DNA of 64,000 nt from a virus, in the IMG/VR virus record IMGVR_UViG_3300042691_041718, positions 64,001 through 128,000 of that record. One strand, written 5' to 3'. Within the stretch, counting starts at the first letter, position 1, and each line of letters begins with the position of its first letter. Position numbers and translations under genes: made by a program. This document shows, piece by piece, positions 18,678 through 28,500 of this stretch. The notes beneath the pieces were generated by a model, which was not told the origin of the DNA, searched no databases, and worked only from the letters and a program-made list of their open reading frames with translations.

Positions 18678-19008
18678 ATTTAAATAGATTTTTCAATCTC
18701 CAATCTCTGACTTCAATTTTAAAGTCCTCAAATGAATTGGTTCTTGATAGAATGTCAACTTTCTCATTTAATTCTTCTATTAGTGATTTTAGTTCTTCAC
18801 TTCTTTCTCTAATACGACCATCATAAACGCAATCAATTCTAGAATCACCTTGTTGGATTGGTACAAACCAAATAGTTACATTTTGATAATTAAACGATTT
18901 TGCTATTTCTGATAATGTCTCCTCTGCTCTTTGTCGAGACATGCCACCAATATTAACATAATAGGTGAATATTGGGTTATCTAAATTTAATTCATTCTGT
19001 TCTAACAT
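18676..19008 (-). CDS. Mini portal-clip-like protein with tail RDWRLKNLF
   Basis: [22 protein letters not shown]...IWFVP resembles a T4 gp20-type portal segment. Confidence 0.6.
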   Translation of the reverse strand: [110 protein letters not shown]

Positions 19009-19967
19009 ATCTTTGATAATAATTCTTTTTTCTTTTCCGAAAACTCTTCATCGGTTAAAACACCGGCTTTGTGTAAATCATCTAATTTCTTAATTAAATC
19101 TAAGATACCATCAATCTCTTTTATTTTATCCCATTCTTTTTTCAACTCAGTTTCATTTACTTTATTTTTCAATGGTTCTTTTTTTATATCAGATGTTGAT
19201 ACTGGTTTAACACTCTCAGGTAATAATTGTAAAATAGTTGATGAAATATGATATGTATCAAAGTCCATATCAATCTCAGAGAACTTTTGTGAAGATGATG
19301 ATCCCTTTTCAACTCTACCGGTTTCAAATGAAGTGTTAATCTTATGACCAGAAGATAAAGAACCAATACAATTTGATAAATCCACACCAGTTGTATATGT
19401 TGCATTGGTAGAATTATATGAAGTAGTTGTTGTACTACCACTTGTGTTTGTACCAATAATATTATTTGTGTAATAACCACCAGTTGTATTCCCACTTAAT
19501 GTTCCACTTCCGTAAGTTATCCAAGTGTTTGGGTATGTTGGATATGTAGGATAGTATCTTTCAATTATAACTGTATTAAATCTATCTCTCCAATTTTTAA
19601 TAGAAACAACAGATTCTTTATAAAAGAAAACTTCTAATTTACCGTTATTTTGAGTAGCGTTTATCGATTCTAATGAAGCGTCAACTTCATAAGTTGAAAA
19701 AATAAATTTCTTTTTATCATCAATAAAACAATCAAGATAAAATCTTTGACCTGGTTTTAAAACCAATCCAGTTTTTGAAATTGAATTACCATTTAACTTA
19801 ATATCAGCTAAGACACAGTCTGTAAGTGGATTATATAATTCGATTTGGAATTCTTCGGAATCTTTTAGATAAACTTTTCCGTTTTTAATAGATTTTCTAC
19901 CTCTATCAGTAGAATTTACGACCCAAGCACTTGGCTTAGAAACGTGGTTGTTTGCAATTTTTGCCAT
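19002..19967 (-). CDS. Hypothetical protein with a C-terminal SHOCT domain
   Basis: C-terminus LIKKLDDLHKAGVLTDEEFSEKKKELLSKI; Thr/Ser-rich linker. Confidence 0.7.
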   Translation of the reverse strand: MAKIANNHVSKPSAWVVNSTDRGRKSIKNGKVYLKDSEEFQIELYNPLTDCVLADIKLNGNSISKTGLVLKPGQRFYLDCFIDDKKKFIFSTYEVDASLESINATQNNGKLEVFFYKESVVSIKNWRDRFNTVIIERYYPTYPTYPNTWITYGSGTLSGNTTGGYYTNNIIGTNTSGSTTTTSYNSTNATYTTGVDLSNCIGSLSSGHKINTSFETGRVEKGSSSSQKFSEIDMDFDTYHISSTILQLLPESVKPVSTSDIKKEPLKNKVNETELKKEWDKIKEIDGILDLIKKLDDLHKAGVLTDEEFSEKKKELLSKIC

Positions 19968-20086
19968 TTTTATTCTTTATTTTTTTAACTTATATCTCAA
20001 TTCATTTCTAAATTTCAGAGGTAACCCGGAATTACCTGACATAAGTTTAAGAACTTTGTTTATATATAATTAAATATCTTCTTTGT

Positions 20087-20563
20087 TTACAATTTTGTAC
20101 CACAACTTGGACAGAATTTATAATCATTATTCTCTGATCCACAATTTGGACAATACTTTTTAACTTTTATATTTTTCTTTTTAGTTAAAAAAACTTGAGT
20201 TATATCTAAAACTGTATTGTAATGATCTCGACCCATTGGTGGTAAATGTGGATTTTCAACCACAACCATATCAAATTGGTCTAACCATCTTTTGTATATT
20301 TCTAATATTCTTCTTCTATAATAAATATCTCCAGTATTTATAGTTAAAATAAATTTATTAAATTTGCTTCTATATAAAATAGTTTTAATGGTATTATATG
20401 TAGAAAATGTCTCTTCATTATATTTATGTGATGATACTATTGATATTTCAACAAATCTATATTCACCACCATCTTTCAAAACAATTCTATATTCACCACC
20501 TAAGTCGGTAGTAAATGTAAAAACATCATCATTTTGAAAATCACCTGTTACGTTGTAAACCAT
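20087..20563 (-). CDS. Hypothetical protein with a C-terminal double zinc ribbon
   Basis: YCPNCG...FCPSCG. Confidence 0.7.
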   Translation of the reverse strand: MVYNVTGDFQNDDVFTFTTDLGGEYRIVLKDGGEYRFVEISIVSSHKYNEETFSTYNTIKTILYRSKFNKFILTINTGDIYYRRRILEIYKRWLDQFDMVVVENPHLPPMGRDHYNTVLDITQVFLTKKKNIKVKKYCPNCGSENNDYKFCPSCGTKL

Positions 20564-20641
20564 AATGTATATATTAATTTTTATGTTTTTATTTTGAATT
20601 ATTCTAAATTGTTTGTATATTTGTAAAACAAATTAAGAAAG

Positions 20642-21856
20642 ATGAGCAAGTCAAAAGAAAACTTTATTTTAAATACCTTCTTAAATCTTACTTCGAGAAC
20701 ATATCCTTATGGACTAGAAGATACTTTAGTTGCTGATATGAAGAAGATTGGTCTTTTTCCAAAAGACTTACAAAAAGATGTTCATGGTAACTATTACTAT
20801 CAGATAGGTGAATCAAGAACTATTTTTGCTTCTCACTTAGATACGGCTACAAAAACAGCAAGTAAAGTAAATCACGTTTTTGATGGTGATATTATCAAAA
20901 CCGATGGTTCTACTGTATTAGGTGCTGATGATAAAGCGGGTACAACTGTTATGTTGTATATGATGAAACACAATATCCCAGGTCTTTACTATTTCTTTAT
21001 TGGTGAAGAAGTTGGTTGTATTGGTTCTGGTTTGGCTGCTAAATCAATTAGTGAGTTTCAAGGTAAATATGATCGTATAATTTCTTTTGATAGACGTGAT
21101 GTTTTCTCTGTTATCACTCACCAATCTTGGTCAAGATGTTGTTCAGATGATTTTGCTGACCAATTAGCATCAGAATTGAATGCTAGTGGATTTGACTTGA
21201 ATTATCGTAAGGATGATGGTGGTGTTTATACTGACTCTGCTGAGTTTATTGATATTATTCCAGAATGTACAAATATTTCAGTTGGTTATTACAAAGAACA
21301 CACTGTAACCGAAAGTCAAGATATAAATCACTTAGAAAGACTGGCTAAAGCTTGTTTAAAAATTGATTGGGAGAACTTACCAACAAAAAGAGATCCAAAA
21401 GTTTCTGACTATAAGACATATGGTTCAAGTAAATCATCTTATAGTACACATGACTCTTATCACGGAGTTGATTATGGATATTCTAGAAGAAATAAAAAGA
21501 AAAAGAATAAAAATAAAAGAAAAGATTATGGTTACCATGATGATTGGTATGATAATCACCACGATGATTATGGGGATGATAATTTAGTTTTCGATGAAGA
21601 TGGATTTTGTCCTAATTGGGTTGGATCAACAACATTACAAAAAAATAATGGAAAAGAGTACTTTGATAACGGAAGTGGTCTAGTTGATATTACTAAACCA
21701 AAATCTCACTACGGTTGGATTTTAGGCAAATTTACTGGTAAGTTAACTGTTGAGGAATTGGCTATTATCAAAGGTCAATATTTAGATATGGATAATGAAA
21801 ATGATAAACAATTCTATCATTATCTTGTAGAATATATTAACGATGATAGTCTATAA
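20642..21856 (+). CDS. M20/M28-clan zinc metallopeptidase with a low-complexity C-terminal tail
   Basis: FASHLDT, LGADDKAG, GEEVGCIG, SFDRR, YTDSAEF, NISVGYYKEHT; TATATTTG at 20616..20623. Confidence 0.85.
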   Translation: MSKSKENFILNTFLNLTSRTYPYGLEDTLVADMKKIGLFPKDLQKDVHGNYYYQIGESRTIFASHLDTATKTASKVNHVFDGDIIKTDGSTVLGADDKAGTTVMLYMMKHNIPGLYYFFIGEEVGCIGSGLAAKSISEFQGKYDRIISFDRRDVFSVITHQSWSRCCSDDFADQLASELNASGFDLNYRKDDGGVYTDSAEFIDIIPECTNISVGYYKEHTVTESQDINHLERLAKACLKIDWENLPTKRDPKVSDYKTYGSSKSSYSTHDSYHGVDYGYSRRNKKKKNKNKRKDYGYHDDWYDNHHDDYGDDNLVFDEDGFCPNWVGSTTLQKNNGKEYFDNGSGLVDITKPKSHYGWILGKFTGKLTVEELAIIKGQYLDMDNENDKQFYHYLVEYINDDSL

Positions 21857-22094
21857 TATCGGTTGATTTTATAACCTCATCCGGAGCGTTTTTAATTTTG
21901 GAATTAGGAATATTATGTGTAACTTTAAAAGAAACTTTAGATAACTTTTCAGTGATTTTGACTGGTGTTAGTGGTAATTCTTTATTTAAATATTGTGAGC
22001 AATCATCTTCATTTAAGTACCAGTATTCCACTAATACTATGTCACCTACTTCATAAGTAGGCTTCCACTTTTTGTATTCGAGTATAAATTTCAT
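21837..22094 (-). CDS. Small KOW/SH3-like hypothetical protein
   Basis: YEVGDIVLVEYW; late motif 4 nt upstream. Confidence 0.55.
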   Translation of the reverse strand: MKFILEYKKWKPTYEVGDIVLVEYWYLNEDDCSQYLNKELPLTPVKITEKLSKVSFKVTHNIPNSKIKNAPDEVIKSTDIIDYHR

Positions 22095-22108
22095 AAACTA
22101 TATATTAA

Positions 22109-23374
22109 ATGTTAAGACTTACAAATTTGATTTTAGAAGATAGATTGTTAGATTTTTTACGATTTGCTAACAATAGATTTATAATATCACAGATTATGTC
22201 GAGTGGTGCTATTGGTACTCACTTAAAAGATGAGGGTAATTATATCTCAACCGTAGAAGGTGAGTATGATACTATTTCATATTTACCAAAATCTAAAATG
22301 GATAAAGATGAAAATCCATTTGAGAGTAGAAGTAGAGTTAAAATAAAGATTGGTAGATTTATTAAAAAATTCTATACTGAGTTTTCATTGAGTGAATTTA
22401 AAATTAATGATGCTGAGATTGAAAAATTTGTAAATGCTTATAAATCATATTTTTCAGAAGATGGTAAAAATCTTAAAGTGGTTGAGGGTAAAGATATTCA
22501 AAAGTATTACTTAGAAGATAACTATTACAGAGATAATGGTTATATAAATGGTACTCTTTGGAACTCTTGTATGAGACAAAGTGAAAGAAATTCATTTATG
22601 GAACTCTATACAGTAAATCCAAATATCAAGATGTTGGTTCTTTTTGATGATGAAGAAAAGGTTAAAGCACGTGCTATACTTTGGGAGAGTGAAGTTTTTG
22701 ATGAAAATGGAACAGAATGGAAAGTAATGGATAGAGTTTATTCATTCTTTGATCATCAAGTTGATATCCTTAAAAAATGGGCTGATGAAAATGGTTACAT
22801 TTATAAATGGAGACAGGATGCTAAATCTGAGTTATACTTCCTTGTTGATGGTAAAAAGAAGAGATTAAATCTTTCTATTAAATTGGAAAAATCAAATTTT
22901 GAAACTTATCCTTATTTAGATACATTTAAGTTTTATAATGTTAAAGAAGGAAGATTCTCAAATAATGATTTAAAATACTTTGACTATATTCTAACGTCGA
23001 GTAGAGGTTTCTTACCAGAAGATGAGGATATTAGTGATGATGATATGACATTCACATTTGATAATGATGCTTTTAATTGGAGTGAAATTCCAATTGAAGA
23101 TGAAAATCCAAGACTAGTTCGTGAAGAACCTCGTGAGATTCCAAGACCTCTTCGTGTTACTGAGAGGATTCGTAGAGGAAGAGGTATTTCTTTAGAAGAT
23201 GTAGGTCCATCAGGTGTCAATGGTGTCTCCGGTACATCCGGTACATCCGGTGTCAATGGTGTTGATGGTCTGGTGATAATGGAACTTTTCGATGAAATTG
23301 AATCTTCAAATAGAGAGAATAGAGAGAATGGTAGAATTGAGTTAGATCCTTTAGATCCATTTGATGGTCTATAA
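22109..23374 (+). CDS. Conserved phage hypothetical protein (NSCMR motif) with an acidic/SGT tail
   Basis: 421 aa; GTLWNSCMR, KARAILW, VMDRVY, YPYLDTF; SGTSGTSG insert. Confidence 0.7.
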   Translation: MLRLTNLILEDRLLDFLRFANNRFIISQIMSSGAIGTHLKDEGNYISTVEGEYDTISYLPKSKMDKDENPFESRSRVKIKIGRFIKKFYTEFSLSEFKINDAEIEKFVNAYKSYFSEDGKNLKVVEGKDIQKYYLEDNYYRDNGYINGTLWNSCMRQSERNSFMELYTVNPNIKMLVLFDDEEKVKARAILWESEVFDENGTEWKVMDRVYSFFDHQVDILKKWADENGYIYKWRQDAKSELYFLVDGKKKRLNLSIKLEKSNFETYPYLDTFKFYNVKEGRFSNNDLKYFDYILTSSRGFLPEDEDISDDDMTFTFDNDAFNWSEIPIEDENPRLVREEPREIPRPLRVTERIRRGRGISLEDVGPSGVNGVSGTSGTSGVNGVDGLVIMELFDEIESSNRENRENGRIELDPLDPFDGL

Positions 23375-23375
23375 T

Positions 23376-23405
23376 AAAAAAACCAGTCAAATGACTGGTT
23401 TTTTT
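23376..23405. terminator. Bidirectional intrinsic terminator
   Basis: AAAAAAACCAGTCA-AA-TGACTGGTTTTTTT. Confidence 0.85.
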
Positions 23406-23407
23406 AT

Positions 23408-25273
23408 TTAATCTCTTTTATTATTTTTATATTTCTCTTCTTCTTCAAAACGATATTTATCATATCTGTTTGCTATTTCAACTAGGAATTTATTTCTAAC
23501 AATATCTTGATTTTCAAATTCAAACATAAAAAGATCATCCATTCCATTAACCATTTTAATAAAATCTACATAACCAGAATCTCTTCTTCTCACATCATAT
23601 TGTGATGTATCTCCCATCATAACAGCTTTTGAATCATTACCCAAACGAGTAACCCATAACATAAGTTGTTTAATATTTGCATTTTGACAATTATGAACTA
23701 ATATATTTTCAACAAAATAATTATGGTTACCATCAACCTCTATATTATATACAATTTCAGGTTCTGAATTTTGTATATCTACAATATCGACTACTGATAA
23801 ATTTTCATTATATGTTATATTGTATAAATTTCTATCAAAATTACTTTCTAAACTATTATTTAGTTTATATAACATTGAGGGATGTATATATTTAGAAGTC
23901 AAATTAAACATTTTCAATGAGTTTATTTTATTTAGTACTAAAATATTACCTTTAGATGTCTTATAAACACTACCTTCTAATCCAAATTTATTTTTAATTA
24001 TATTTGATAATATTTGGACCTCTGTGAAACTCATTGAATTGGTAGAAAATGTAACACAACCATTTGATTTTGAAACCGATCCATCATCCATATACCATAT
24101 GGATAATGTTCTTAATGTAAACCATCTCTCAATATCATTACTAATTGTTTTTTTCGAGTCTTTATATAGTGAATTATAAAAATTTTCAGATATATTAATT
24201 GATTTAGTTTGAAACCCACATTGTGGTTCACCTGTATATCCAGACTTCAATGAATTTCTATATGATGATATATTTTCAAATATACTTTTTTTAAATTCCA
24301 TATATTCAATTTGTTTTATAGAATGGTTTGTCGAAATTCTATATGATTTTTTTAATTGTTTATTTGGTAATAATGATGAGTCACCCAAGCACATACCTAA
24401 TATTATATCATAAGAGTCATTAGTTAATATAGTTGAATCATTCGTTCCGGTATTCTTATATCTACATATTCTATCACCAATGGTTAAGTTTTTAACCTCT
24501 TCCCATTTAATTTCACCATCTCTGAATACGGAAAATGGATGATTTATTGTTGTTTTTAATGGTTTAACTCTATCTTTAACCGATATTTTAACAATATCTT
24601 TAATTCCATTTTCAAAAACTCCCGTTACTTTTTTATTTTCAACTATTTTTTTATTTTCATCCCAACTGGATACATAAATTTCTTTACCCATTTTGAAATA
24701 ATTAACAATTTCTTTCATTCTAAGGTAATTAAAAGATCCTCTTTTTTTATGGTTTGTAACTACTCTTGAGTCACCAGTAAAACATTCGTCAAGTAACATT
24801 ATACAATTATCATAAGTAGAACCTCTCATGTAAGCAAGTGGCTCAAATTTTATCTCTTCAGTTGAAAAAAGAAAATCCGTATTTTGTTTCCCAATTATTT
24901 TACAAAACGTTGTATAATAAGATTGTTTATAAGGATCAATTTTTTCAGCTATAGTTCCAGGTAAAGAACCTAAATTCTCACCGGATTCTTGAACTGGTTT
25001 AGTAATAATAATTTTTTCAACTTTCTTATCAGCTAATAAAGCTAAAGCTGTATAACAAGTTGTGAATGTTTTACTGGTACCAGCTGGTCCATGAACTACA
25101 CTTAGAATATTATTTCTAATACCCTTATAGAGATCATGTTGTTTAGGAGTTAACTGAACATTTGATTTATTAAATTCATCTTTAGATAATGAATTTTTCT
25201 TTCTTGATGTTTTTCTGTGTTCATAATCTTGAATCCCTTCGTCGATTTCTGATTTTAAATCTCGTTTAGCCAT
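23408..25273 (-). CDS. phoH: PhoH-family ATPase interrupted by an intein
   Basis: GPAGTSKT, TKPVQE, LGSLPG, EPLAYMRGSTYDN, LLDE|CQN, TRLG, GDTSQYD. The spliced product is about 256 aa. Confidence 0.92.
   Translation of the reverse strand: MAKRDLKSEIDEGIQDYEHRKTSRKKNSLSKDEFNKSNVQLTPKQHDLYKGIRNNILSVVHGPAGTSKTFTTCYTALALLADKKVEKIIITKPVQESGENLGSLPGTIAEKIDPYKQSYYTTFCKIIGKQNTDFLFSTEEIKFEPLAYMRGSTYDNCIMLLDECFTGDSRVVTNHKKRGSFNYLRMKEIVNYFKMGKEIYVSSWDENKKIVENKKVTGVFENGIKDIVKISVKDRVKPLKTTINHPFSVFRDGEIKWEEVKNLTIGDRICRYKNTGTNDSTILTNDSYDIILGMCLGDSSLLPNKQLKKSYRISTNHSIKQIEYMEFKKSIFENISSYRNSLKSGYTGEPQCGFQTKSINISENFYNSLYKDSKKTISNDIERWFTLRTLSIWYMDDGSVSKSNGCVTFSTNSMSFTEVQILSNIIKNKFGLEGSVYKTSKGNILVLNKINSLKMFNLTSKYIHPSMLYKLNNSLESNFDRNLYNITYNENLSVVDIVDIQNSEPEIVYNIEVDGNHNYFVENILVHNCQNANIKQLMLWVTRLGNDSKAVMMGDTSQYDVRRRDSGYVDFIKMVNGMDDLFMFEFENQDIVRNKFLVEIANRYDKYRFEEEEKYKNNKRD
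23690..24784 (-). mobile_element. Contiguous intein (365 aa) with a LAGLIDADG endonuclease in PhoH
   Basis: Starts CFTGDSRV; block B TTINHPF; LGMCLGDS and WYMDDG; ends YNIEV...NYFVENILVHN; +1 residue Cys. Confidence 0.92.
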
Positions 25274-25374
25274 TTGTAAAATAGTTTTTTGTATATATTA
25301 TTACTCCCTATTTACCCATTATAAATTTAGAGGACTTAAAAGTTTTTAATATATAATAAAAATATTTTTTTGAT

Positions 25375-25590
25375 ATGAAAACAAAAGATGATTTAATTTA
25401 TGATTTGATTTTTTCAGATGAAACAATCTATATAATAAATTTATCTGAATATGTAAGTGATATTTATAGTTATGAAGATTTTGTTGATGATGTTAAATTG
25501 GTTATGAAAAAATCGAAAGTAACTATCATAAAAAGTATAATAAAGGTAGATAGTAAGACTGCTACTTGGGAATTAAAAGTAAAAAAGTAA
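25375..25590 (+). CDS. Small hypothetical protein
   Basis: 71 aa; TAATATATA at 25347..25355 upstream; leads the structural operon. Confidence 0.6.
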   Translation: MKTKDDLIYDLIFSDETIYIINLSEYVSDIYSYEDFVDDVKLVMKKSKVTIIKSIIKVDSKTATWELKVKK

Positions 25591-25591
25591 T

Positions 25592-28500
25592 ATGTGGAAA
25601 TACAATAGTGATTATGGTAAATGGTTTACAAAAACAGATTCTTTATTAAAAGAAGATTTTGATTTTTATAAACAAGAGTTGGTTGCTACTAGGTTTTATT
25701 CAAAAGCCCTAAGTGGTTCAGCTTATGTTGCGATTGATGATGTGAATAATTTATATGATGTTATTAATGCTTGGAAACCAAGAAACTGGTTTGTTAGTAC
25801 ATTAAGTTCTAATTTTGCTTATACACCACAACCGACAAAATTTCCAACTCCAATTGATACAAACTCTCAATATGATTTTTACACAAAAAACTTAAAAGAA
25901 TATAGTCTTACTTTAAAAAATCTTTTTACACCGGAAAGGTTGATGAAAGATATTTTAGCTAATTATATTCAAGTTGATGTAGCTACTACACAACAAATTG
26001 ATTTAACATTAGAGTTGGATAACTATTATATAGATGATATTAAGTTAAAAGATGGCCACAAAGTTTTAGTTAAAGACCAAGTAACATTTGAGATATTAGA
26101 TATATCTGTTAATCCAGATGAATATTTTAAAGGACCTTACACAATAGTTAATGAGGAAGGTTTAGATATAGAATATCAATATTATAGTAATGAGAACGGC
26201 TTATATGAATTTAGGAATAGAAAATTAGTTAAGTTAAATGACTTGGATGACTATGAAAAATGTTCTAGATTAAGCGTTTATGTTAAAATGGGTACAACAA
26301 ATCAAAATAAACAGTTTAGTGTTAGAAGATTATTAAACGGGTTTTATCCAACATCATTCAGAAATGAGCCAATGGAATTCGTTGAAAAACATAATTGGTT
26401 ATTAAGAAACAGAGTAGATTATAATAACTTATTTGAAACTAACTATTATGATATTTTTAGACATGGCACTCAATCTATTTATATAAGTGGTGTAACTTAC
26501 AGTATACCGGAAAGAACAATTGCAGTTGGTGAATTTGGTACAATAGTTAATACTCAAGATGGTTATTCAAATATAATACCTTGTAAATATAAAGATAATT
26601 TAAGAAGTATAACAAGTACTGAAAACTATTACTGGATTTGTGGTGATAATACAACTTTATTAAGAATAGGTAAACATGATTTCGAAATAAAAAATATAAA
26701 ATTAGATACCTATACAAATTTAAGATCAATATCATTTGTTAATAATTTGAGAGGTGTTATCGTAGGTGATTACAATACTATTTATATAACTAATGATGGT
26801 GGTGAAAAATGGCAGTTATTAGATTTTACAAGTTTTAGAGAATACAATTATAATAAGGTTATTTTTGTGACTGATACTAAATTTTATATTGGTGGTAAGA
26901 GTGGTGTATTTTTAGAAATCTCAGAAGATATAAATGGTTGGAGTGCTAGGAAGAGAAGAGTATCTAGACAAATAGATGATGAAGATGAGTATGTTTTAGT
27001 AGATCACATAAATGATTTATGGAAAACATCAATAAGTGGTTGGGGATTAAGTTACTCATACTATACACAATCAATTTCATCACCAAAGGATTTAGTTTTT
27101 ATGGCTGTTGATGGTGGTAAAATAATTGCATATAATGAGAATAATTTTATAGATAGTGACTTTATATATTTTGATTTTGATAAAAATTATGGTGATATAA
27201 AAAATATTACACAACAAAAAGGTACTAATAATTTCTTTTTTAGTAATGATGATGGTATCTATAAATTTGATATTAGTGATTTTAAATACTATGGTGTTGG
27301 TAATACATATTCAAATACAATAATATCAGCAACAGCACCTTCGAAAATATCAAGTTTATACGCAAATAGTTTATATGATTATAGAGGTGAATATTTGTTA
27401 ATAAGTGGAAATTATACTCTTGTTAAATCATCTACACATTCATCATCATATGATTTTGTTGATTTAGACTCGACTTTTTTCTCAAAATTAAAATCAAAGC
27501 TATTATTTATAGATTATGATATGGGTAGTAAATTAAATTTCTTTACTGATGAAGGAAATTATAGATTACCAAATTCAACAATTATAAAACAAAATGTTTT
27601 TTCGGAAAGTACAGAATTAACATTTAATAATTTAGTTTATGGAGCTACTGCCCCAAGTTTCATGACGCAGTCGGAAGTAACTTGGTATGACTATTGGTGT
27701 GATAGAGAAAAGACATTTGAGTATTACTCTGTTAATCCTCTTTCTAACTCATCAAAAGTTTTAATATCAAAAACATTTTCAGGAACTACTCAATTTACGG
27801 TGGCTACTGTCAGTTTTGTGAATACAAACACAGTTGATTTGTTAAAATTAGCACCATCATTTAATTATACTGGTACACAAAGTTCTAGATATAAACACAT
27901 CGGTGCTTCTATATCATCAGTAGGTGGATCTAATTTCACACTATATTTAAAAGATTACTTGATGGTTTTAGGTGTTACAAATAGTACATCAGCAGTTAGT
28001 AATAATAAATCTTTTGATGTTGATTTAGGTGATGTTTTAAGAATTGAATCTGGTGTTGTTGAAGGAAATTTCATAGTTAATAGAATTGAAAATTTCACCA
28101 ATAGTAATAAGTATATTTACATGTTTTCGGATTTTAGTGGAGATATAATAAAAAATCTAAAAACATCAACATCATCTATTGTATTAAAGAATTTAAATAA
28201 ATTTTATAACTCAGATGACTTAATCACTAATTTTAATTCACATCCGCTTGGAATAGGATATAAAATGAGTGATTATGGAGATGGTTACTTAAAAATTGAT
28301 CCTAAATTTAATAACTACACATCTTATTATAATTTAGCAACAGAAATTCATGTAAATTCTGATAATGATTATTTAGAATTTAACTCATCAGACTTTTTAT
28401 ATTATGGTATTCCAGATGGAACAAGCTCTGTCCCACAAACACTTAATTGTAATTCAAATGTTTATCCAACTGAGATTAGAGTTAATTTCAACTTATATCA

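Noticed and set aside
20017-20040. Small hairpin AGGTAA-CCCGGAA-TTACCT upstream of 19967
   Set aside because: The 6-bp stem has no U-tract and no second copy, which is too weak to call.
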